DNA from: Eledone cirrhosa
Lineage: Eukaryota
Length of the DNA stretch: 64,000 nucleotides
Assembly: GCA_964016885.1 (NCBI GenBank)
Contig: OZ024741.1
Location: 235,476,001-235,540,000 of the forward strand
Direction: 5' to 3'
Below the pieces are notes generated by a model. It was not told where the DNA came from and made no database searches. It saw only the letters and a list, made by a program, of their open reading frames with translations. A program made the translations under genes and the position numbers. How positions within the stretch are numbered: position 1 is the first letter of the stretch; every line of letters starts with the position of its first letter. Shown piece after piece: positions 53,753 through 64,000 of this stretch.

Positions 53753-53819
53753 TTTTATCTGATGAAAACACAAATATTATTGCATGATGATGTTTGTTTT
53801 TGAAATGCGCATAATAAAA
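53753..53819 (+). ncRNA. Type I hammerhead ribozyme
   Basis: ttttat-CTGATGA-aaacacaaatatt..gatgtttgttttt-GAAA-tgcgca-TA-ataaaa; palindromic stem III ATGCGCAT. Confidence 0.82.
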
Positions 53820-53851
53820 TACATGGAACTCCTTTAACCATCTTTTGATCT

Positions 53852-53903
<52 letters not shown>

Positions 53904-54127
53904 CTAACAAGCTTGAAACTAGTACAGCGTTCCTTTGTCAGTGTTGAACAAACGACCAACGGTGGTTGCTAGACAGTACGGCTTAATACGGGATGTTTGT
54001 TTACAAACACACCGAGCATTATAATAAATGTTTGGTGAATCCATACGTACATATATATATGTGTGCATGTATATATATATTCATACTACTGTACGTCTGT
54101 ATACATATATGTATGTACGTGTACATA

Positions 54128-55262
<1,135 letters not shown>

Positions 55263-55269
<7 letters not shown>

Positions 55270-55950
55270 TAAAATAACAGATTAAAGTTTAAGCAAAGAA
55301 TCGCTGCTTTCACCCTTAACGGGATCTTCTGAAACTAACAAAGTCAATCTGTAAACGCAAAACTGGATATTTCAAAAAACGTTGCAACCGGAGGAAGACA
55401 GGAAGACGATACTTTGGTTCGTGGAAACGTTCGCTGGCTAAGAACGGGAAAAAACGAATATAATACATCATTAATAGGAACGGTGAAAAACAATTACGCG
55501 CAAAGACAGAACCACGTTTATGGTATAATAGAGGTCGTAGACTAATGTTCTCTTAGGTGGTGCATAGAGACGTTCTCTGGGGATGAACGAAAAAAACGAA
55601 GATAATACGTCATATGTGGAGCGTGGAGAACAATAGCACGCAAAGACAAAACCACGTAAATGGTATAGCAGAGTCGTAGACTAAATTCTAACTAGGAGAC
55701 CGAATGAATCTCCGCTACGGAGTTAAGAACAAAGTAAATAAATACAATACAGAAGTAATAGAAATAAATAAATACATACACGCAAACAGAAACGTACATA
55801 CACAAGCAATATTATCTTCGTTTATCTTCGTATTATCTTCGTTTTTTTCGTTATATATATATACAGATTGATTTTTTTAGTTTCAGAAGATCCGGTTAAG
55901 GGTGAAAACAGCGATTCTTTGCTTAAACTTTAATCTGTTATTTTAGTATA
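55263..55950. mobile_element. Fold-back family F2
   Basis: ~88-bp arms 55263-55352 / 55862-55950; body matches 43431-43720. Confidence 0.87.
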
Positions 55951-55954
55951 TAAT

Positions 55955-56624
55955 ATAAGCGAGGGAAGCCAGCCCAGTTGCACTTCTTGCCAATAAACAT
56001 TAACACTTTGTGCGCCATTCATCTAACTGTAGACCAACAAATACCAACTAAACGGAGCGTTGACAAGAACGATGGCGAATGAATGTTCGAGGTAAGCAGT
56101 TTCCTCCCGAGCTGTTAGTTCACGCGGGATTCTCTGCTACACCTTTTCGTAATAATACCGAACAACGTACTGCTGGTGACTCCTTCCTCCAAAAGCCGTA
56201 CAAAGCGGACATGTGCATTGGGCAGATGGATCGGGTGCAAATCTACACCAGGCCTACGCGAGAAATTCACAAGGGACTGCACCGAGAGGGATAGAGAGAA
56301 ATTAACTTTTGAGGTAAGTAGTCTACGCCTTACTGCTATTGCACTGGAACCTTCTGCCAACTTAACCTGTGACTTTCTCTTTCACATTTACTCCAATAGG
56401 CTAAAACAGAGGACTATGAAAAGAAGGGGCTCAACAATATTTCTATGAACAATGCACGTAGACAGCTAAACTGCACTTTCAACTTCTTAATTTTCTCCAA
56501 ATAAAACAAGTTTCTTGTCGGTATATTTTCGTGAGTTTTTAACAGGCACTCACAAATAAACGTTTCTCATTGGAGGTGCTATTACCAATGTTCTTACCTG
56601 TGCAATGCCGGGATACACTGCTAG
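55955..56624 (+). mobile_element. Probable non-autonomous Helitron
   Basis: Ends CCTGTGCAATGCCGGGATACACTG-CTAG then TA; 5' end uncertain. Confidence 0.55.
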
Positions 56625-56635
56625 TATATATATAT

Positions 56636-56685
<50 letters not shown>

Positions 56686-56698
56686 ATATATATATATA

Positions 56699-58775
56699 TC
56701 ATCATCATTTTACATCCGCTTTTCCCAGCTTGCAAGGGTGGGACAGGACGGGTCTTATTCAGCACAGCATCTCTCCACTTGTCACGGTCCTTCGTCATTT
56801 CCACCATGAGCTTTAGCGATCTGAGGTCTGTTCTCACCACCTCCGCCCATGTTTTTTGTGGTCTACCTCTACCACGTCTTCCTTCAACTGGCATTTCTGG
56901 CATTTCTTCACCCATCGGTCATCCTCCATGTGCATCACATGTCCATACCACTTCAGTCTCCTCTCTCGCACACTACATTCTATCCCTCTCAGACACAGTT
57001 TCTCTCTCAACAAATCCATGCTGGGTCATTCATGCACATTGACATTGCACATCCAATGGAGCATGCTTGCCTCATTTCTCTCCAGCCATAGCATATCCTC
57101 TGCAGTTGCTGCCCATGTCTCACTACCATGCAGCATCGCGCTCCTCACACAGACATCATATAACCGGCCTTTGGTACGCATGGGAGAAACCCTTCTTCGT
57201 CAACAGAGGAAGCAGCTCCCTAAACTTCTTCCAACCCGTCCTTATTCTAGATACTATGGCCTCAGAACACCCCCCTCCCATGCTAATCTGATCTCCTAGG
57301 TACCGGAAGCTATCCACCACTTCTATAGCACCCGCCTGCATTTGAAAAATGTGTCTATCAATGCGACTTCTACTGTCTAATTTCCCTGTACATCTATTGC
57401 ATACGTATTTCTCCCTACCTGTTAGTTTGCCTGCTATCCCACTACATCTCTTGTGTACCCAGGATCTGCATTGTGTGCATTTTATAGAATTCCTTTTCTG
57501 CATATCGAACATGGCCATTTCCCTGACAGAGTTTTGTCCTCTTTTCTACTCATCAACACTTTTGTCTTAGCTAGGTTCACTCTCAGTCCTCTTGCTTCCA
57601 ACTGCTGTTTCCATAGCCAGAATTTATTCTCTAGCTCCTCTACTGATTCTGCTATAAGAACCAGATCGTCAGCATAGAGAAGTTCCCATGGACAGCCAGT
57701 CTTAAACTCCTCTGTTATGGCTTGGAGGATTATAATGAACAAGAGCGGGCTGAGGACCGAACCTTGATGTACTCCTACTTGTATCTGGAATTCCTCACTA
57801 AACTCCATTCCTACCCTCACTTTACTGACAGCACCTCTGTACAAAGTTTGCACTGTCCTCACTAGCCATTCCTCAACACCTAGTTTCCTTACAGACCACC
57901 AGATGACAGATCGGGGTACCCTATCAAAGGCCTTCTCTAGGTCAACAAAGGCTAAGTATAGTGGCTTATTCTTCTCTAAGAACCTCTCTTGTAATTGTCT
58001 CACCAAGAAGAGGGCATCTGTTGTACTTTTCCCAGGCACAAAACCAAACTGTATCTCATCTAGTTCGACCCTTTCTCTAATTAGTTGTGCTAATATCCTT
58101 TCTGCCACTTTCATAACCTGATCCATCAGTTTTATACCCCTATAATTGCTCCTCTCCAGAGCATCCCCTTTACCTTTGTAGCAATTTATGAGAATACTGC
58201 TGCACCAGTCTTTGGGTATGACACCACTATATATAGCCTGATTGATGATGTGTGCAACCAGTTTAGTGCCTAAGTCCCCTGATGCCTTCAGCATCTCAGC
58301 AACTATTCCCGATGGTCCAGCAACTTTACCATTTTTCATTTCCTTAATCGCCCCTTGGACCCTATATTCGTCAATCTCAATAGCTGGTTCCTCTGTCGGA
58401 TCTACTGAGGTAATTTCTCTCTCTCCCATTCGTTCTCCACATTCATCAGTCTCTCATAATGATATTTCCAGGCCTCCTTTTTCTGATTAAGTACACCGGC
58501 ATCATTCCGGACACACTTATCCCCAACAAAATCCTGATTTGCATTGACACACTGCCTTGGAATGTGGAACACCGCACGCCCCTGATCTTCTCGTCGCAGA
58601 ACATTGGCAAACCTCCTACTCTCAGCCTCCCTGCGTGCTAAGTACACCTGACATCTAACTTCTCTCTTAGCGGCTGTATATCCTTCTCTACTCCCACCTT
58701 TTTTCCAAGCCTTCCATGCTAGACTTTTGTCTCTAATGGCCCTATCTACTGTGCTGTTCCACCACCAGGTCACTC
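56699..58775 (-). mobile_element. RTE LINE ORF remnant (RT) with 3' end
   Basis: ORF 57482-58429: KGDALERSNYRGIKL, QFGFVPGKST, FVDLEKAFDRVP, HQGSVLSPLLF, YADD; downstream CTQCRSWVHKRC, FRYLGD; (CAT)n tail. Confidence 0.95.
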
Positions 58776-58814
58776 TCTGTCTGTATATATATATAGCAGA
58801 GCTCCAGCTACAAG

Positions 58815-58845
<31 letters not shown>

Positions 58846-58860
58846 CATGTGTATATATAG

Positions 58861-60015
58861 GTGTGCTGTCAGTAAAGTGAGAGTAGGAATGGCGTTTAGT
58901 GAGGAATTCCAGATACACGTAGATGTACATCAGGGTTCGGTCCTCAGCCCGCTCTTGTTCATTATAGTCGTCCAAGCCATAACAGAGGAGTTTAAGACTG
59001 GCTGCTCATGGGAACTTCTCTATGCTGATGATCTGGTTCTTATAACAGAATCAGTAGAGGAGCTAGAGAATAAATTCTGGCTATCGAAACAGCAGTTGGA
59101 ATCAAGAGGACTGAGAGTGAACCTAGCTAAGACAAAAGTGTTGATAAGTTAAAGAGAGGACAATACTCTGATTCCATCAGGGAAATGGCCATGTTCGATA
59201 TGTAGAAAAGGAACTGGCATAAATTCCATAAAATGTACGCAATGCAGATCTTGGGTACACAAGAGATGTAGTGGGATAGCAGGCAAGCTAACAGGTAGGG
59301 AAAACTACGTATGCAGTAGATGTACAGAGAAAGTTGACAGTAGTAACGACAGTGATAGACACATTTTTCCAATGCAGGTGGATTCTATAGAAGTGGTTGA
59401 TAGCTTCCGGTACCTAGGTGATCAGATTAGCATGGGAGGGGGCTGTTCCAAGGCCATAGTAGCTAGAATAAGGACGGGTTGGAAGAAGTTTAGGGAGCTG
59501 CTTCCTCTGTTGACAAAGAAGGATTTCTCCCTGTGTCCGAAAGGACGGTTAAATGATGCCTGTGTGGGATGCACGATGCTGCATGCTAGTGAGACATGGG
59601 CAGCAACTGCAGAGTATATGCGACGGCTGGAGAGAAATGAAGCAAGCATGCTCCGTTGGATGTGCAATGTCAATATGTGTGAACAACCAAGCATAGATGA
59701 GTTGAGAAAGAAACTGGGTATAAGAGGAATAAGTTGTGGTGTGCAGAAGAGAAGACTGAGATGGTATGGACATGCGATGTGCATGGAGGATGACCGCCAG
59801 GTGAAGAAGTGCCAAGAAATCCCAGTGGAATGAAGACGCAGTAGAGGTAGACCACGAAAAACATGGGCGGAGGTGGTGAGAACAGACCTCAGATCACTGA
59901 AACTCATGGAGGAGATTACGAAGGACCGTGACAAGTAGAGAGATGCTGTGCTGAATAGGACCTGTCCAACCCTTGCAAGCAGGGAAAAGCGGCTGTAAAA
60001 TGATGATGATGATGA
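58861..60015 (+). mobile_element. Second RTE copy, inverted relative to 56699-57840
   Basis: ORFs 58727-59152 (HQGSVLSPLLF, YADD) and 59372-59833; (GAT)n tail. Confidence 0.93.
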
Positions 60016-60019
60016 TATA

Positions 60020-60252
<233 letters not shown>

Positions 60253-60275
60253 GTATATATATAAATATATATGAT

Positions 60276-60307
<32 letters not shown>

Positions 60308-60713
60308 TTGCGCCTGTGGTATGTGGAGTCGAGGGGGTGGGGGACCACATATCTGAGTAGTACTCTAGGCTTGGAGGGGTGTAGAGTGAGGGTGTATATA
60401 TGTATATATATATGTACATATATATATATAAACACACATGCATACATATATATATATATATATATACATATATGTGTGTGTGTATACATATATGTGTGTG
60501 TGTGTGCGCGTGCGTTTGTATCTATATGTGTGTGCATGCATATGTGAGTATGTGAGTATGTGTGTATGTGTGTGTCTATGTGTGTATCTATGTCTATGTG
60601 TATGTGTGTGTCTACAGTATGTAAACCAGTGATGGTCTCTGTTGGTATGAATCATGCAGGAAATAAAAACATTTGGTTTACTGTGATGTAGTCTGACACT
60701 GACTGTAGTAGTC

Positions 60714-62260
60714 TGGTGGTGGTGGTGGTGGTGATGGTGGTGGTGGTGGTGGTGGTGGTGATGGTGGTGATGGTGGTGGTGGTGGTGGTGGTGGTGGTGG
60801 TGGTGGGGGTGGTGGTGGTGGAGGTGGTGGTGGTGGTGGTGGTGATGATTGTGATGCCAGTAGTGTTGGTGTTAGTGGTGTTGGTGGCAGTGGTGGCAGT
60901 GGTGGGGTGGGTGGGGGGGGGGGGGGTATAGTGGTGGTTATGATGATGATTGTGATGCCAGTAGTGTTGGTGTTAGTGGTGTTGGTGGCAGTGGTGGCAG
61001 TGGTGGGGGGGGGTATAGCGGTGGTGATGATGATGATTGTGATGCCAGTAGTGTTGGTGTTAGTGGTGTTGGTGGCAGTGGTGGCAGTGGTGGGGGGGGG
61101 GGGGGTATAGCGGTGGTGATGATGATGATTGTGATGCCAGTAGTGTTGGTGTTAGTGGTGTTGGTGGCAGTGGTGGGGGGCGTGGTGGGGGTGGTGGCGT
61201 TAGTGGTGGTGATGTTGCTGATTGGTGGGGGGGGAGGTGTTATTGTGGTGTCAGTGGTGTTGGTGGCCGTGGTGGTGGTGGTAGAGATGGTGGTGGTAGT
61301 GGTAGTATTAGTGGTGGTGGTGGTGGTGATGATGGTGGTGGTGTGGTGTGGTGGGGGAGGTGTTATTGTGGTGTCAGTGGTGTTGGTGGCCGTGGTGGTG
61401 GTAGAGATGGTGGTGGTAGTGGTAGTATTAGTGGTGGTGGTTGTGGTGATGATGGTGGGGGTGGGGTATTGTGGTGCCAGTGGTGTTGGTGGCCATAGTG
61501 GTGGTGGTAGAGATGGTGGTGGTAGTGGTAGTATTAGTGGTGGTGGTTGTAGTGATGATGGTGGTGGTGTGGTGTGGTGGGGGAGGTGTTATTGTGGTGC
61601 CAGTGGTGTTGGTGGCCATAGTGGTGGTGGTAGAGATGGTGGTGGTAGTGGTAGTATTAGTGGTGGTGGTTGTGGTGATAATGGTGGGGGTGGGGTATTG
61701 TGGTGCCAGTGGTGTTGGTGGCCATGGTGGTGGTGGTAGAGATGGTGGTGGTAGTGGTAGTATTAGTGGTGGTGGTTGTAGTGATGATGGGGGGGGGTTA
61801 TTGTGGTGCCAGTGGTGTTGGTGGCCATGGTGGTGGTGGTAGAGATGGTGGTGGTAGTGGTAGTATTAGTGGTGGTGGTGATGGTGATGATGGGGGGGGG
61901 GTTATTGTGGTGCCAGTGGTGTTGGTGGCCATAGTGGTGGTGGTAGAGATGGTGGTGGTAGTGGTAGTATTAGTGGTGGTGGTTGTGGTGATGATGGTGG
62001 TGCTGGTGGGGGAGGGTTATTGTGGTGCCAGTGGTGTTGGTGGCCATGGTGGTGGTGGTAGAGATGGTGGTGGTAGTGGTAGTATTAGTGGTGGTGGTTG
62101 TAGTGATGATTGGGGGAGGGGGGGTTATTGTGGTGCCAGTGGTGTTGGTGTTAGTGGTGTTGGTAGCAGTGGTGGTGGTGGTGCCAGTGGTGTTGGGTTG
62201 GTGGTGGTGGTGCTGGTGGTGGTTGTAGTTGGTGGTATAAGTGATGGTGGTAGTAGTGTT
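60714..62260. repeat. (GGT)n-derived minisatellite (TTATTGTGGTGCCAGTGGTGTTGGTGGCC...GTAGAGATGG unit, ~105-120 bp)
   Basis: Unit recurs about eight times between ~61240 and 62150. Confidence 0.9.
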
Positions 62261-62337
62261 GGAGAGCTTGAGATATTGGCTGAAGGAGGAATATGTGGTG
62301 GGTGAGATGATAGTTTTGTTAGTGGGGTCCAGCAGGC

Positions 62338-62379
<42 letters not shown>

Positions 62380-62454
62380 TTTATAATCAAGGTTTAGCAA
62401 ATAGAGAAAAAATTTTAAAATAAATTTTAAAAAAATTACTGTATCTACTATATT

Positions 62455-62538
62455 ACCCTTACCACACGGTTTCAAGTCTCAAAATAAATGGATAATCCAT
62501 GCGGAACACCATTGAGAAGGAGATTTTCGTCAGAGGGT
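62455..62538 (-). ncRNA. Type I hammerhead ribozyme
   Basis: accct-CTGACGA-aaatctc..gagactt-GAAA-cc[gtgt]gg-TA-agggt; (TA)n ~80 bp downstream. Confidence 0.78.
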
Positions 62539-63000
62539 TCTTCTCACTCGGAGAATATAAAATTCCCGAGTTCAAATCACAAACTGGCGCCATACAGAAC
62601 TGTTCCCGGACGAGAGTGTATGATAAATGAAATCTACAGGATTGAACTGTTTTATTGATATGAAATCATCAAGGGATTCCTGATGATTTCATACCAATGA
62701 AACAGTTCTAGTCATGTAGGAGTCATTTCTATATAAAATATATATGCATATACTCTACCAACATATTGAGTACCTTATTTAACTATGGTTAATTCCCAGT
62801 CCCCTTCAAGACATCATCCTTGATACATCATCATCATCATCATTTCATTTTATGTCCACTTTTCCCTGCTTGCAAGGGTGGGACGGGAACTGATTCTGGC
62901 TTGATTTCTACAGCTGGATGCCCTTCCTAACACCAACCTCATTTACAGTGAGTGCTGGGTGCTTTTTTGCCGTGGAATGATATGGGCCCCAGTCCCTATC

Positions 63001-63143
63001 ATCTCATTTCTACAGCTGAGTAAACTGGAGCAATGTAAAATAAAGTGTCTTGCTCAAGGAAACAACACATCACCCGGTCTGGGAATTGAACTCACAACCT
63101 TTCGATTGCAAGGCCAATGCTCTAACCACTAAGCCATGTGCCT
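63001..63143 (-). mobile_element. SINE family B with clear Pol III boxes
   Basis: Minus strand TGGCTTAGTGG (A box) and GTTCAATTCC (B box). Confidence 0.85.
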
Positions 63144-64000
63144 CCATACATATATATAAATATATAAATATATATGTATATACCCACTGAAAAGACCAGC
63201 TAGATTCCTGCCACCTGAATACCGGCGCTTCAGTTTGGATCCAGCTGTTGAAATGGCCAGAGCTCAGCTGTCGGGGTCCTGCATTTTTTCATATATATAT
63301 ATATATATGTATGTATAATTAATAGTAATAATAAGTAGGAAGAGATGTCAGAGTATCATCATTAAATTTATTCAGGTGTGACGCACCTTTCGCTATTGAT
63401 CAGCTCAAATAGAGAATGAAAGTGTGGGGAGGGGGGAGGGGGGGGGGGGCAAGAGAAGAAGAAACAGGTGAGAGGGAAGTTGGGGAGTAACATTTAAGGG
63501 AAGGGATATAATGCCAAACATAAAGACATATAAAGTAAAATGAAACAAAACAAGACAAAATAAAATAAAATCAAAATATAAAAATAAAAATAAAAATAAC
63601 ATAGATAAAATATAATAGAGTTGGGCCTGATTGATACAGATCAAACCTTGAGCTGATCAATAGTATCAGTAATGTACTGGGTATTTGCTGGCCTTGTGCC
63701 AACAGTAGAAACAATTATTAATATTACACTCTGCTTATGAGGGAAACCAGCCATAATATAACTATAACTCGGACCCACCTATGCATCGTGTGCTCACATT
63801 CGTGAACCAGCAGTAACAGAAGGTTATAACACATATATCATCATCATCATCATCACTTTATGCCTGTTGTTCCATGCTTGTATGGGTTGGACATGTCCTT
63901 CTCAGTACAGTATCCATAGAAAAAATAGCCCTAACAATAAACATATTAAATTTTACACCAATGTGGAAGACATACACATACATAATATGTAAGAGTACTG

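Larger units (their letters stand above)
50062..53862. mobile_element. 3.8-kb inverted Penelope-like insertion (arms ~50148-51902 / 52100-53862)
   Basis: ~1.76-kb near-identical inverted arms, each with GIY-YIG coding sequence, a long CT/AT-rich 3' UTR and an HHR (50190-50256 -, 53753-53819 +); (TA)n on both sides. Confidence 0.95.

Noticed and set aside
62675-62720. CTGATGA..GAAACAGTTCTAGTC hammerhead candidate
   Set aside because: Stem I and stem II do not pair convincingly; at best a decayed copy, not counted

Overview
Eukaryotic, repeat-saturated, apparently gene-free DNA. The SINE/RTE complement and microsatellite content resemble an octopod cephalopod (inference). 1-8.5 kb is a 44-bp satellite with a ~2.8-kb higher-order duplication. 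9-12.6 kb is a nested RTE>CR1>SINE cluster. 12.9-25.3 kb and 60.7-62.3 kb are GGT/GTT-rich simple-sequence arrays whose long ORFs are compositional artefacts. 26-64 kb is a (TA)n-punctuated mosaic of SINEs, RTE LINE remnants, a mariner MITE, a Tigger fossil, two Helitrons and many Penelope-like element (PLE) fragments. The main signal is about 25 type-I hammerhead ribozyme (HHR) motifs, read by eye, from roughly ten sequence-unrelated families between 28.9 and 62.6 kb. Most sit in fold-back insertions anchored in (TA)n, and two of these insertions still carry PLE coding sequence (RT and/or GIY-YIG). The ribozymes include compensatory U3-A8 cores (TTGANAA), a CAGAAGA core, a 104-nt stem II and palindromic stem IIIs. 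The short arm of several fold-backs stops just before a shared ACTC..GAGT hairpin. No host protein-coding gene could be supported. All structures were assigned manually; no folding or database search was run.
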